From Desulfocapsa sulfexigens DSM 10523 (GTDB lineage: Bacteria; Desulfobacterota; Desulfobulbia; Desulfobulbales; Desulfocapsaceae), in NCBI RefSeq assembly GCF_000341395.1, contig NC_020304.1:2250001-2282000 (forward strand): 32,000 bases of DNA. Direction: 5' to 3'. The position numbers were made by a program, and so were the translations under genes. Below the pieces are notes generated by a model. The model saw nothing but the letters and a program-made list of their open reading frames with translations, was not told the origin of the DNA and made no database searches. The stretch's first letter is position 1; each line of letters opens with the position of its first letter. Below are positions 8,547 to 18,964 of this stretch, one piece after another.

Positions 8547-9740
8547 TTATGCTGATCTTGTTTCTAATGCCAGAATACTTTTAAAAAAAGCAGTAATTAC
8601 AATCTGAATGCCCACCGCTGTCATGGTAACAGCGGGGACAAGTATGCGCATCATTCTTTCTGGAGCTAAAGCACCGAATTGTACCTGACTCCACAGAAAG
8701 ATGGAATAAAGAACACATCCTGTCCCTGCTGCTATTGTGATAATTCCTACTATGAGTAATAATTCGAGAGACATATAGCGTTGCAGGCGTTCTATTGTTT
8801 TATCCTGTGGTAAAAGACCGGCATTTATAGCAAACTGTTTTGCAAGAAAGGCAAAACTGATGGATTGTGTTCCGGACAGGATTGCAGCACCTGACAGGAG
8901 TAATGTATGAATACCAATGGAAATATTACCAATTTGTAGTGGACCTTTTACCAGTAAAGCCATTCCCAGGATACCAAGAGAGACAAGGCAGATCCCGGGA
9001 TAGAGAAAAAGCCAGCGAGGGCTGAACATTAACAGAAAACGTAAATGCCTCCATCCGTCACGCCAACTCTTTAGGTGTGGTGACCGGGTACGTCCATCTG
9101 GATACAGAGTGACGGGCACCTCTGTAATGGATAGGTTGTGGAAACTTGCCTTCACCACCATTTCACTGGCAAATTCCATTCCCAATGTGCACAGGTGAAG
9201 GTTTAGGATGGCTATCCTGTTAAAACCGCGAAGTCCGCAATGGAAATCACGGATACCTGGATGAAAGAATAAGCGACCGATAAAACTCAGAACAGGATTC
9301 CCTAAATAGCGGTGCAGGGCAGGCATGGCACCCGGTTTGATGCTTCCGGAAAATCGATTTCCCATGACCAGGTCGTATCCTTTCCGAAGTTGTTCAAGAA
9401 TCGGCATCAAAGTGTAGAGATCGTAGCTGGCGTCGGCATCAGCCATTATTACATAGGTTCCTTTGGCCCGTGTGATTCCTCCCTGCAGGGCACTGCCATA
9501 TCCTCTGGTTTTTATAGAAACAACCTGGGCCCCCAGCTGCTTTGCAATAGACTGAGATCCATCTGTACTTCCATTGTCTGCAATGATAATCTCACCGGAT
9601 ACCTTGTTTTTACTTAAAAAAGCAAGGGCTTTTGATATGCAGGAGGCCAGGGTTTCTGCCTCATTGAGACAGGGCATGACAATGGATAACTCACAATCAT
9701 TGTGATCCTTTTCTACTGCAGTCACTGTCTCGGGTTTCAT
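8547..9740 (-). CDS. GT2 glycosyltransferase with about 4 C-terminal transmembrane helices (polyprenyl-phosphate sugar synthase-like, Dpm1/GtrB/ArnC type)
   Basis: Motifs LSIVMPCLNEAETL...IIIADNGSTDGS...VIMADADASYD (DxD) are followed by a hydrophobic C-terminal third of the protein. Confidence 0.82.
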   Translation of the reverse strand: MKPETVTAVEKDHNDCELSIVMPCLNEAETLASCISKALAFLSKNKVSGEIIIADNGSTDGSQSIAKQLGAQVVSIKTRGYGSALQGGITRAKGTYVIMADADASYDLYTLMPILEQLRKGYDLVMGNRFSGSIKPGAMPALHRYLGNPVLSFIGRLFFHPGIRDFHCGLRGFNRIAILNLHLCTLGMEFASEMVVKASFHNLSITEVPVTLYPDGRTRSPHLKSWRDGWRHLRFLLMFSPRWLFLYPGICLVSLGILGMALLVKGPLQIGNISIGIHTLLLSGAAILSGTQSISFAFLAKQFAINAGLLPQDKTIERLQRYMSLELLLIVGIITIAAGTGCVLYSIFLWSQVQFGALAPERMMRILVPAVTMTAVGIQIVITAFFKSILALETRSA

Positions 9741-9805
9741 TGCTTTATCTCTTTTCTATACTAAAAGAAGAATGGCGAAGACGCCTATGAAGAATAATCA
9801 AAGGT

Positions 9806-11110
9806 TCAGAGGCAATCAATATTTCTTTTAAGGAGTTGGTGGTATATTTTCTCTATTTCTCTTCCATTTTCCTCTATTGATTTAACCGCTGGAATTCCAT
9901 TGCGCAATTGATCAGGCAGAGTTTCTGATTCGATATATTTTATCATGACTTTTGTTAATTCTGTGGAATCACCAACAGCAAAAAGCAGCCCGTTCACACC
10001 GTCAGTCACCAGATCTGCCATACCACCAATATCTGAAGTGATGACAGGAACTCCCGCCATAAAGGCTTCATGAATGGTGAGTGGTGAGTTCTCGAACCAT
10101 ATTGATGGTACTACAAGAACATCAATTTCTGAAAGGATAGTGGCAACTTCATCGTTTGGAATTAGACCTTCAAAGAAAATGGCCGGAGACTTGACCATTT
10201 TACGGAGTCTACTGTTGTATTCAGGGAACCAGTCGAGATTTCCGTAAATATGCAGTTGTGCTTTATTTTCCGGTACCTGATTAAAGGCTTCAATGAGGAC
10301 ATGAACCCCTTTGTGTTCACACAGGGTTCCAATAAAACCAAAACGAACCAGTGAATCTTTTTTGTTTTTTTGCTTTTTAAAGTTTGTTGTATCAAAGCCA
10401 TTATCCGAGAAGATTATTTTGTCTTCAGGGATGCCATATTGTATGAATTCATTTCTCAGAAAAGGGGAAGGGGCAGTGAACAGATCTATATTTTCGATTG
10501 CAGCAAGGATATGACGGTTTCGCTCCTTTAATGAGTTGATTCTGGTTTCGGACGTCCTGGATCTGCTGATTTTCTGCCGGAAAAGATGGTAAAAGGACTG
10601 AAGGGAAAATCTGTTGGAATTTTCTGGTTTTTCATATAAACAATCTGCACATTTTGTCCAGTCAACGGTATGACAGATTTCAAGATTCCCCTGCAGTCGC
10701 TGTCCCCAGCGTGGGCATGTCAGCCAGTAGTCATGAAGGGTGAAAAGAACAGGAATATTATTGTGTTTTGCAATTTCAGGATACCTGAACGAGTGGTACA
10801 GGAGATGTTGTAAATGGATAATATCAGGTTTGAACTCATCAAGAACAGTTTGGAAAATAGTTTCCATTTTTGTATCATTATAGGGCTCTCCCAGCAGGTC
10901 AGTTTTAAATGGTCTGAAAACTTCGATGCATTGCAGGCCGTTAAAAGTTCGTTCCGTGACTTTATATGACAGAGTTAGAGAGGTGAATTCAGTAAAGAAC
11001 AAGCAGATTTCATGTTTTTTTGATAATTCTTTAGCAAGCCGATATGTATAAATTTCCGCTCCTGCCTGGTGGCTGGGCAGAAAATCATGTATGACAAATA
11101 AAATTTTCAT
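9806..11110 (-). CDS. GT4-family glycosyltransferase
   Basis: The N-terminus MKILFVIHDFLPSHQAGAEIYTYRLAKEL is typical of the family. The C-terminus has VVPSIWFENSPLTIHEAFMAGVPVITSDIGGMADLVTDGVNGLLF, including E-x7-E. Confidence 0.85.
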   Translation of the reverse strand: MKILFVIHDFLPSHQAGAEIYTYRLAKELSKKHEICLFFTEFTSLTLSYKVTERTFNGLQCIEVFRPFKTDLLGEPYNDTKMETIFQTVLDEFKPDIIHLQHLLYHSFRYPEIAKHNNIPVLFTLHDYWLTCPRWGQRLQGNLEICHTVDWTKCADCLYEKPENSNRFSLQSFYHLFRQKISRSRTSETRINSLKERNRHILAAIENIDLFTAPSPFLRNEFIQYGIPEDKIIFSDNGFDTTNFKKQKNKKDSLVRFGFIGTLCEHKGVHVLIEAFNQVPENKAQLHIYGNLDWFPEYNSRLRKMVKSPAIFFEGLIPNDEVATILSEIDVLVVPSIWFENSPLTIHEAFMAGVPVITSDIGGMADLVTDGVNGLLFAVGDSTELTKVMIKYIESETLPDQLRNGIPAVKSIEENGREIEKIYHQLLKRNIDCL

Positions 11111-11277
11111 TAAATCTTAAGTGTTAGCAAGAAAAAAGTTCTTATTGGGGTATGAGTACATTAAGATAATGACAAATACATTCTTTCACAAGGAATGCTT
11201 TGTCTTTTACTGTCCCCTAACCGTGTTTTCGCAGAGGAGAATCATCTGATACGTTCAGTTTGAGTGATGGATTTTGA
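11111..11277. promoter_or_regulatory. Divergent promoter region between the 9806-11110 (-) and 11278-12717 (+) genes
   Basis: This is the only non-coding gap (167 bp, AT-rich) between two divergently oriented genes, so it must carry both promoters. I could not pin down individual -35/-10 boxes with confidence. Confidence 0.4.
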
Positions 11278-12717
11278 ATGAATGACTGTATTTCAGTAAT
11301 TATTCCAACAAAGAATGCGGGTGAGTCGTTTCGGGAATCTCTTGATATGATTTTTTCTCAGGAGATTGCCTCTCAGTTGGAAGTTGTCATAATCGACTCT
11401 GGTTCGACTGATCAGACATTGCAAATATGTGCTGATTATCCTGTTAAGCTTATTCAAATACCCGCCTCCTCATTTAATCACAGCGCTACCCGGAATCTGG
11501 CAATTTCTGAATCCTGCGGTGATATTTGTGTACTGACGGTTCAGGATGCAATTCCTGTGGACAATAGATGGTTGACAACACTTGTTGAACCATTAGTAAG
11601 GGATGGCAGGGTTGCAGGCGTTTTTGGACAACAGGTAGCCAGGGATGATGCTTCCTTTTTCACAAGATACTGTCAACTTCTTTATTATCGGGAATGGAGG
11701 AGTGACTGGAAACAGGAGTACGAGCAGTTACCCATAGAGACGGACGACTGGGAAAAACTGTCACATGAGCAGCGGCGGGTTGTTTCCAGATTTGACAATA
11801 CAAACAGCTGTGTCAGGAGATCCGTCTGGAAGGAAATTCCTTTTCCTGTGGTCCCATTTGCTGAAGATGTTGCCTGGGCGATCGATGTGTTAACTGCCGG
11901 GTTTTCAATTTTCTGGAAACCGACAGCTCAGGTTTTTCATTCACATGAACGTCCATTATCGTATACCCTGAAGCGATCCTATGTTGATTCCAAAACCATT
12001 GCTGTCCTTTTGGGTGACAGTTCTTCATCTTCAATGACTCATCAAATGGCACGGTCTTTAATTAAATGGTTGTCAAAGGAGGCAGCCAGATACCTTCAAT
12101 CGATCTCCGGGCAACTGGAAGGAAAGATGCATAAGTCAGAGATTCTGGCGGAGGCTGACAGATGTTGGCAGTTGAAAGTCAGTGCCGGAAAATCATCTGA
12201 TAAAGATGGCACTATGGAATCTGGGTCACATCTGTTTCCTGGCGCAGTTTCTTTGAAAAACCGTATCTTTCGCCAATATTACAGGAGTGTTTCAGGGCCT
12301 CCCTGGTTCAGGAAGATGTGCCGCAATATTTTCCGGAATGGTCGATTACTGCGAAAAAAGTTTAAAGCCGGTGCTGGGGATAATCAGTCAATTACTTTGG
12401 AACTGCAGGCATGTCACCGTTATTTTTTGAATCTCCTTCTCTCTGTACATCTTGAGAATGCAGATAGAAGTGAGGACAGTGGCAGTTCTGTTCGATATGG
12501 CGCTGCTGTTATGGTAGCCGGGTCTTTTCTCGGGCAGAATATAAAAGCAGGTGATAGAACCGAGGAGCTGATCAGCATGGATGATGACCATGTGGACGTG
12601 AGGTTACCAGGTGACATTGAAGTGTGGAAACTCCTTAATGACTGGTATGAACAGGGGTTTGACCAGGAAGCCACTGCGATCTCCCGGTTGGATCAGATTT
12701 TGACAGATGGTGTCTGA
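11278..12717 (+). CDS. GT2-like glycosyltransferase (rhamnosyltransferase-like N-terminal domain) with a ~240-aa C-terminal extension of unknown function
   Basis: The N-terminal ~240 aa carry ISVIIPTKNAGESF...VVIIDSGSTDQT...LTVQDAIPVD. I recognise no motif in the remainder (SSSSSMTHQMARSLIKW...DQILTDGV). Confidence 0.72.
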   Translation: MNDCISVIIPTKNAGESFRESLDMIFSQEIASQLEVVIIDSGSTDQTLQICADYPVKLIQIPASSFNHSATRNLAISESCGDICVLTVQDAIPVDNRWLTTLVEPLVRDGRVAGVFGQQVARDDASFFTRYCQLLYYREWRSDWKQEYEQLPIETDDWEKLSHEQRRVVSRFDNTNSCVRRSVWKEIPFPVVPFAEDVAWAIDVLTAGFSIFWKPTAQVFHSHERPLSYTLKRSYVDSKTIAVLLGDSSSSSMTHQMARSLIKWLSKEAARYLQSISGQLEGKMHKSEILAEADRCWQLKVSAGKSSDKDGTMESGSHLFPGAVSLKNRIFRQYYRSVSGPPWFRKMCRNIFRNGRLLRKKFKAGAGDNQSITLELQACHRYFLNLLLSVHLENADRSEDSGSSVRYGAAVMVAGSFLGQNIKAGDRTEELISMDDDHVDVRLPGDIEVWKLLNDWYEQGFDQEATAISRLDQILTDGV

Positions 12718-12747
12718 AGTTGATAAGCAGAGGCTGGGTGAAAATTT

Positions 12748-13701
12748 TCACAGGTCTGTCTTGAAGGGTTGTTTGTAAAAACCCAGATGCCAGTTGACCA
12801 GAATAACCAGAGAGAGAAACAGAATGGTAACTGATTTTTTCGAAAAACCTTTTCTGCCCAGAAAAAATAAAAGTAAAGCAAGTAACACTAATGGTGAAAA
12901 GAACAGTAGTGAGGGCTTGTAAATTGACGCAATGATGATGCTGCACAATACAAAGGGCAGAAGACACGGTATGTAATGCAGAGGTCTGAAAAAACCATAT
13001 TTTCTGAGTAACAGATACGTTGCGCCTCCATAACGTTGCATCATGCTGCAGAGCCCGGAGAGTGATTGCGGACGGTAATGTCTGACAATTGCCTCCGGGT
13101 TACGGATTAAAGTGTAGCCATTTTGAATCAGCCGGTAGTCAAGATCCACATCCTCGCCTGGCCACAATGATTCGTTAAAGCCTCCGATGCTTTCAAAAAT
13201 ATGTTTTTGGTATGCAGAGTTACAACTAGGATTGTGCTGGGTCTCAGTCAGGCTGGTGTACGGCTTCATGTAGGATGTTGCAAAACCCAGGATGGCAAAA
13301 GTTTCCTGGACACTTTTGCCAAAAGCAGTCTCATTTGGGGGGCTGATCTGATTCCCTCCCACACCGGCGATTTTGTCGCCTGAAAACCCTTTCTGTAGTT
13401 CTTTTAGCCACTGACGATGGACGATGCAATCACCATCGGTGAAGGCCACGATCTCCCCTTTTGCCTTTTTAACTCCGATATTTCTGGCCCTGGATGGGCC
13501 TCCGTTGGGGATCTGAATCACCTTGACTCTTTTGTGCGATTGGCAGATCTTGGTGGTATTGTCCGTTGAGCCATCATCGACGATGATGATTTCATAGTCA
13601 GGATAATCCAGGTTTAGCAGTGATTCCAGGCAGTCGTGGATGGTTCTTTCACAATTGAACACGGGAACGATAATTGATATTTTAGGAGAGCGTTCTGTCA
13701 T
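12748..13701 (-). CDS. GT2 glycosyltransferase with C-terminal transmembrane helices
   Basis: Motifs ISIIVPVFNCERTIHDCLESLLNLDYPDYEIIIVDDGSTDNT...AFTDGDCIV, with a hydrophobic C-terminal ~80 aa. Its ATG directly follows the TAA of the upstream radical SAM gene (0-nt spacer). Confidence 0.85.
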   Translation of the reverse strand: MTERSPKISIIVPVFNCERTIHDCLESLLNLDYPDYEIIIVDDGSTDNTTKICQSHKRVKVIQIPNGGPSRARNIGVKKAKGEIVAFTDGDCIVHRQWLKELQKGFSGDKIAGVGGNQISPPNETAFGKSVQETFAILGFATSYMKPYTSLTETQHNPSCNSAYQKHIFESIGGFNESLWPGEDVDLDYRLIQNGYTLIRNPEAIVRHYRPQSLSGLCSMMQRYGGATYLLLRKYGFFRPLHYIPCLLPFVLCSIIIASIYKPSLLFFSPLVLLALLLFFLGRKGFSKKSVTILFLSLVILVNWHLGFYKQPFKTDL

Positions 13702-15141
13702 TTAGCTGTTTTTTTGACTAACAAGATAGGAAAGAAAATTTTTAGCACCTCGTAATTTACAATAGAGGTCTGTTTTACTTCTGGCTGAAAGGAGAAATTT
13801 TAATATGTATGAAGGTCGGAAATAAAATTTCTTTAATCCACGATCAGTGCTTTCCTGAATGAATTGACTACTCAAGCCAGGATACTCAATAACCGCCGAT
13901 TGTTCTCCGTCAGTTAGCCACTGGTCCCAGCTGGTCGCTTGGAGAAGACCGTTATCTTTGCATATTTGAAAAAATTGAGTTCCGGGAAATGGCACTGCCG
14001 CTGAAAACTGGACCGAATGTAACCCCAGGTTACAGGCAAAATCAAGGGTTGTGTTGATGCTATCCCTGGTTTCACCAGGGAGTCCAAGCACAAAGCAACC
14101 ATGTACATCCAGGCCGGTTTTATGGGCCAGGGACATGAAATGGCGAGCATTGGCAACTGATTCTCTTTTGTTCATGGTCGCCAGCATATCATCGCTTCCA
14201 GATTCAAAACCAACCAGGAGTTCTCGACAGCCAGCTTTTTTGAGTATCTGGAAAAGTTCTTTGTCTCCGGTGTCTGTTCTGGCATTTACTGAAAAGGTTA
14301 TTTTCAGTTTCCGGCGTAAGATTTCTTCACAGATTGCCATAGCATTAGCTTTGTTGATGGTAAATGTGTCATCTTCGAAAAAGAATTCACCGCCTTTGAC
14401 CACCTGTGGACAGATTTCAATGTCATGCTCAATCTCATCAACAACCTTTTCCGGCAATCTGAGACGAACCTGGTGGCCATGCATAACTTCCGGCCAAAGA
14501 CAGAAGATACATGTGTGTGGGCAGCCTCTACCTGAAAATATATCAATGTACGGATGCAGTTTCAGACCATCAAAATATTTCATCAGGTCAAGCTGATGCC
14601 ATGCCGGAAAGGGGAGAGAGTCCAGATCCTGGATGAGTTGCCTTTTTTCGGTTCTTTGCGGTGTACCATCTTTCAGATAACAGATACCGGCAATGTCATC
14701 GAGAATTGGATAATTTGCAATAACATCCCTAATTGTCAGATCATATTCACCAATGCATATGACATCTACGGCTCCATTACTCAGGAGAAGTGTTTCTTCG
14801 GGCAGAGCGGAGCAATGTGGTCCAACCATTAGAATTTTGGCATCACTTACTTCTTTACAGATTCTTGCACATTCAATATCAGAGAAAATTGAGGGAGTGG
14901 TGGAGTCCAGGACAATAAAATCAGGCTGGCCATTTTTTACCAGCAAGCGCAGATCGTCTTTTTGAAGGTTTTCTGCCGGAAAATCAAAAAGTTTTGCCGT
15001 AATTCCTTCTTGTTCAAGCACAGCAGTGCCGTAGGCAAGCCAGTCAGGTGCCCGTAAAACACGACCTCGTGTCCTGGCTGCCCAGCGTTGTGATCTGTTG
15101 AAATTTTTAACAAATGGTTCGTTGATGAGAAATACTTTCAT
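13702..15141 (-). CDS. B12-binding-domain radical SAM enzyme (class B)
   Basis: An N-terminal Rossmann-like B12-binding-type region (KVFLINEP...FIVLDSTTPS...KILMVGPHCSALPEE) is followed by the radical SAM cluster motif GRGCPHTCIFC (CxxxCxxC). Confidence 0.85.
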   Translation of the reverse strand: MKVFLINEPFVKNFNRSQRWAARTRGRVLRAPDWLAYGTAVLEQEGITAKLFDFPAENLQKDDLRLLVKNGQPDFIVLDSTTPSIFSDIECARICKEVSDAKILMVGPHCSALPEETLLLSNGAVDVICIGEYDLTIRDVIANYPILDDIAGICYLKDGTPQRTEKRQLIQDLDSLPFPAWHQLDLMKYFDGLKLHPYIDIFSGRGCPHTCIFCLWPEVMHGHQVRLRLPEKVVDEIEHDIEICPQVVKGGEFFFEDDTFTINKANAMAICEEILRRKLKITFSVNARTDTGDKELFQILKKAGCRELLVGFESGSDDMLATMNKRESVANARHFMSLAHKTGLDVHGCFVLGLPGETRDSINTTLDFACNLGLHSVQFSAAVPFPGTQFFQICKDNGLLQATSWDQWLTDGEQSAVIEYPGLSSQFIQESTDRGLKKFYFRPSYILKFLLSARSKTDLYCKLRGAKNFLSYLVSQKNS

Positions 15142-15199
15142 GTTGCCAGGGTCGTAGAGTTATATCGAATATTGTCGATTGACGTAAAGTACCACTTGT

Positions 15200-16330
15200 T
15201 TACGAATTAGTGTAGATTTCAGAGAGCGAGTTCCTCATATTCTCTATGCTAAAGAGCTCTTTATTCCTCCTGTAGAAGTTTTCTCCCATTGTTGTCCTCA
15301 ATGTTTTTGATTGAATGAGTTTACACAGCTTGTCCGCAAATTCCTGTTCATTCTTGACCAGAAAACCTGAAGTGCCGGTATTTATTAAGTCGGAATGTCC
15401 GGGAATGTCAGTGGCAACAATTGCTTTCTTGAAGAAACTTGCTTCTATTAGTGAATATGGCAATCCTTCCCAGCGTGAAGTTGAAGTTATAATGTCTACC
15501 GTTTTTGTCAGTTGATGGATGTTCTTCCGATATCCGAGGAGGGTGACATGGCTCATCATATTATCTCTTTTGATTTGTATTTCAAGCTTCTTACGAAGCG
15601 GTCCGTCACCGATGAAGAGAAAATGACTATTGTTACATCTTTTTGTTACTTCCTTGATTATGCGGAGAAGAGAAAGAGGATTCTTTTGCCGATCAAGTCG
15701 GCCTATCTGCATCACGATAACAGATGATGATGGGATGTTTAGCTCATTAACAATGTTAGAATGTGACTGGCTGCAGGTTTCAATTCTTGTTGTGTCGATA
15801 TGATTACGGATGAGCTGTATCTTGTGTGTGTGGGCAATTTTCCAGTGTTTAAATCGATTTTGTTGAGAAGATGAAACAGCAATAAAAAAGGCTGTGAATG
15901 GACTGAGCAATTTAAGAAGATATCGGCTCCCTTGATAGTTTGAATTCTCGCCAAAGGAATCGACATGTGGTGTGAAAATAATTTTTTTACATCGGGTAAA
16001 AAAGGTAGAGCCATACCCCCATATCGCCGATTGTAAATTATGGATATGAACCAGGTCGATATGGTTCTTTTGAATTATTTTTCGCGCTGTTACAAGACCT
16101 TCTAATGAGAAAAAACGACTTGGTTGTACCATTGTAAGGTGGTCTTTTGGCACAACATCAGCTAAAAAAGCTGGGATTTTTTGGTCATCGCTTGAGCAGA
16201 GTAACCAGAATTCAATATTTTCATCCTTTACAACCTGCAGGAGATAGCGAATGTGTCTACTGATACCACTCAAGAAGGGTTCATAGAACAGAATCAAAAT
16301 CTTACAGTGTTTTTTTGAGCCTAATGACAC
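15200..16330 (-). CDS. GT4-family glycosyltransferase
   Basis: Motif ITSTSRWEGLPYSLIEASFFKKAIVATDIPGHSDLINTGTSGFLV includes E-x7-E. The start at 16330 is a GTG and there is no nearby in-frame ATG. Confidence 0.8.
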   Translation of the reverse strand: MSLGSKKHCKILILFYEPFLSGISRHIRYLLQVVKDENIEFWLLCSSDDQKIPAFLADVVPKDHLTMVQPSRFFSLEGLVTARKIIQKNHIDLVHIHNLQSAIWGYGSTFFTRCKKIIFTPHVDSFGENSNYQGSRYLLKLLSPFTAFFIAVSSSQQNRFKHWKIAHTHKIQLIRNHIDTTRIETCSQSHSNIVNELNIPSSSVIVMQIGRLDRQKNPLSLLRIIKEVTKRCNNSHFLFIGDGPLRKKLEIQIKRDNMMSHVTLLGYRKNIHQLTKTVDIITSTSRWEGLPYSLIEASFFKKAIVATDIPGHSDLINTGTSGFLVKNEQEFADKLCKLIQSKTLRTTMGENFYRRNKELFSIENMRNSLSEIYTNS

Positions 16331-16370
16331 GGTTCGCTGTATTCCCTGGATGTGTTTTTTGGAGGTGGTA

Positions 16371-17144
16371 TCATTGGAATTTCATTGATTTCTTTTGGGG
16401 GGAAAAGATGTCAAATTTGACAAGGTTGCTTTTATGGAGCACATACTTGGCCAGGACTAGTAGCGTTTGAAGTCCGTATTTGACAGATCTTGGAAAATTA
16501 ATTGATGAAGCTTCAGAAAAGTATCGACAGGGAATGGGAATGTCACCAATTTTGAATTTGAAATAGGCTGCCTGGGCAAGGAATTCTGAGTCAAAAACAA
16601 AATCATCTGAGTTTTTCATATAGGGGATTTCGTGGATGACTTGTTTTGAGTAAGCTCTGAACCCAGAGTGGAAGTCTCCAAGGTTTTGCCCCAATATTAT
16701 ATTCTCTATAAACGTTAGAGACCTGTTGGCAATATACTTGTAAAACGGCATACCACTTTCCAACGCTTCGGCACGAGACCGCACCCTGCAGCCAATAATA
16801 ATGTCACAGATACCGGACTCAATAAACCCGACAGCGTAGGGGATTAATCGAGAATCATACTGGTAATCGGGGTGTATCATTATGATAATATCACAATCAA
16901 TTTTCATCGCTTCAGCGTAGCATCGTTTTTGATTTGCTCCGTACCCTTTGTTTTGATCCAGCCTGTGCACAGTTATCCCAAGACCCTCAGCAATTTCGAC
17001 AGTTCTGTCGGAGCTTGCATCATCGACAAGAATTATTTCATTAACACTTTTGTCCGGAATATCGTTGACTGTCATTTGCAGTGTTTTTTCCGCATTGTAG
17101 GCAGGCATAACAACGACAACTTTTTTTGAGGATGTTCGAGTCAT
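16371..17144 (-). CDS. Small soluble GT2 glycosyltransferase (Dpm1/GtrB-like catalytic domain)
   Basis: Motifs [14 protein letters not shown]...[13 protein letters not shown]...[11 protein letters not shown]. It is 257 aa with no obvious TM segment and sits immediately downstream of the GT-C gene in the operon. Confidence 0.83.
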   Translation of the reverse strand: MTRTSSKKVVVVMPAYNAEKTLQMTVNDIPDKSVNEIILVDDASSDRTVEIAEGLGITVHRLDQNKGYGANQKRCYAEAMKIDCDIIIMIHPDYQYDSRLIPYAVGFIESGICDIIIGCRVRSRAEALESGMPFYKYIANRSLTFIENIILGQNLGDFHSGFRAYSKQVIHEIPYMKNSDDFVFDSEFLAQAAYFKFKIGDIPIPCRYFSEASSINFPRSVKYGLQTLLVLAKYVLHKSNLVKFDIFSPQKKSMKFQ

Positions 17145-17195
17145 CTTAGCGTTAACAGTTATGTTTACATGTGGTGATATTTTTTTTCATAGTGT

Positions 17196-18917
17196 TCAGT
17201 CCGGTCGAAGAATGTGGATGGAACCATCATTGCCGATAAAGCGTGAAAAGGGAAATTCTTTTACAACCTGATAGTGAGGGAGGGGACCAAGTGTTATGAG
17301 ATATTTTTCTTCGTTTACCCACCACCAGCTATGTTTTTTTCTATTGTAATCTATTGTATTGGTATCAGAACAGAAATAACCATTAAATTCAAATCCTCCA
17401 TCGATCTCGCATGGATTAACCTGGATGTCGTAAAGAAGATAAGCATGAGCTTGATGGAGACTGCGTTTTGCAGACATGAAATCCTTAACACCAAAAATAC
17501 TTGTTCCAGCAAGGAAGAGAAGAATTGCTGTGGAAAGAATGATTTGGAGAAATGTGGGCTTAGTTTTTGTGACAGTTATTTGTTTTGTGAACCAAATAAG
17601 TAATAAGGCACATAGTGGTATAAGATAGCGGTCATGAAATCCTGTCAACAGGATAATCCCTGCATATATAAAAGAACAGATTAAGGCGAAGGAAGAAGTA
17701 AAACAGGTGTCATGATTATGTTTCTCCCTATCAGTGGAAAATAAGCATTTAACTGATTTAAGAGAAAACAAGAGGAGGATCATGGCGGAAAGGAGTGCGA
17801 CGAAAGCTAAAAGAAAAAAGAACGGTTTGGGTAAGGATATAGTTCTTTGAATATCCAATAGATAGATGTCTTTTAGTAGGAGTGGCCCAATGCCAAAGTC
17901 ATAAATGACATTTCTATGGAAGTTTATGGGAGGGTTGATGAGTCCACCCATAAGACATACTTCAAAGAGTACAAAGGAGGATAGGAGTAAAATGAATATC
18001 CTTCGGTTCTTTTTCCAACCTAACAGCTTGTGGCGGTATAAAACAACAAGAGGCGATAGCAGAAACCCTGTGTACATGAGCACTATCCCTGCCTGAGAGA
18101 AAAGAAAGAAGAGATAGTCTGGAAATCCTTTGCTTTGGGGGGCAGAGAAAATTTTCTTAAACACTGAATGACTGGTGATGGGTGTAGAACCACTTTGCCA
18201 GAGAAATACTTCGTACAGAATCCATGGTATTATGGTAATGCCGAAGGTCAGCAGGAGCATCTTTTTCTTATTCAGGTGCTTGCCACTGGGGTGAAGAAGA
18301 CAGGTGATGAGAAAACCTAAGGGAATGACTATGCCGATTTGGCGGGTAAGAATTGAGAATAATGCGAAAAAAAGACCTGAAATAAGTAAAATATGGCTAT
18401 GTTCTTCAATGCCCATATGGAGCAACAGAAATGATGAAATGAGTAGGAAAAGAAACGTAATATCAGACATGAAGGTGAAGCTTTGCGAAAGAAACAGCGG
18501 GTTTAATATAAGTACGAGTGTAGCCAGGAGAGATAGCCACAGGGAATTTTTCATCTGTCGCAGCAGCAGAAGGAGAGCGAAAGAAGATCCAATTGCCAGA
18601 ACGAGAACAGATATTCTAAGTATTGTTACAGAAAAGCCAAAGCATGTGGAAAAAAGCAGACCCCATAGTACATGACATAAAACGGAAGGTCCACCGTCAC
18701 CCCAACCTGTCGCAGTTACATTTTTTCCATCCAGCAGTGTTTCAACGATGCGAACAAAGCACCAGTCATCGTTAACCATGAATTCACCGACCGGACTGAT
18801 AAAGAGTACAATGCCTCCCCAAAGGCTGAGGAGGATGGTAATAGCAACGAAGAACAGTTGTCTCTGGTTTGGAGTGTGATTTGCGAGTGATGAGTGACCA
18901 AGGTTTTTTTCAAGCAT
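17196..18917 (-). CDS. GT-C-fold polytopic membrane glycosyltransferase (ArnT/PMT/GT39-like)
   Basis: It has about 13 hydrophobic helices, an acidic motif in the first extracytoplasmic loop (EFMVNDDWCF) and a soluble C-terminal domain of ~100 aa. It is flanked by Dpm1-like GT2 genes. Confidence 0.68.
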   Translation of the reverse strand: MLEKNLGHSSLANHTPNQRQLFFVAITILLSLWGGIVLFISPVGEFMVNDDWCFVRIVETLLDGKNVTATGWGDGGPSVLCHVLWGLLFSTCFGFSVTILRISVLVLAIGSSFALLLLLRQMKNSLWLSLLATLVLILNPLFLSQSFTFMSDITFLFLLISSFLLLHMGIEEHSHILLISGLFFALFSILTRQIGIVIPLGFLITCLLHPSGKHLNKKKMLLLTFGITIIPWILYEVFLWQSGSTPITSHSVFKKIFSAPQSKGFPDYLFFLFSQAGIVLMYTGFLLSPLVVLYRHKLLGWKKNRRIFILLLSSFVLFEVCLMGGLINPPINFHRNVIYDFGIGPLLLKDIYLLDIQRTISLPKPFFFLLAFVALLSAMILLLFSLKSVKCLFSTDREKHNHDTCFTSSFALICSFIYAGIILLTGFHDRYLIPLCALLLIWFTKQITVTKTKPTFLQIILSTAILLFLAGTSIFGVKDFMSAKRSLHQAHAYLLYDIQVNPCEIDGGFEFNGYFCSDTNTIDYNRKKHSWWWVNEEKYLITLGPLPHYQVVKEFPFSRFIGNDGSIHILRPD

Positions 18918-18964
18918 TGCAATACAAACCTTTTGAGGTTGGAATCAATCTCATTTCTGCTGAC

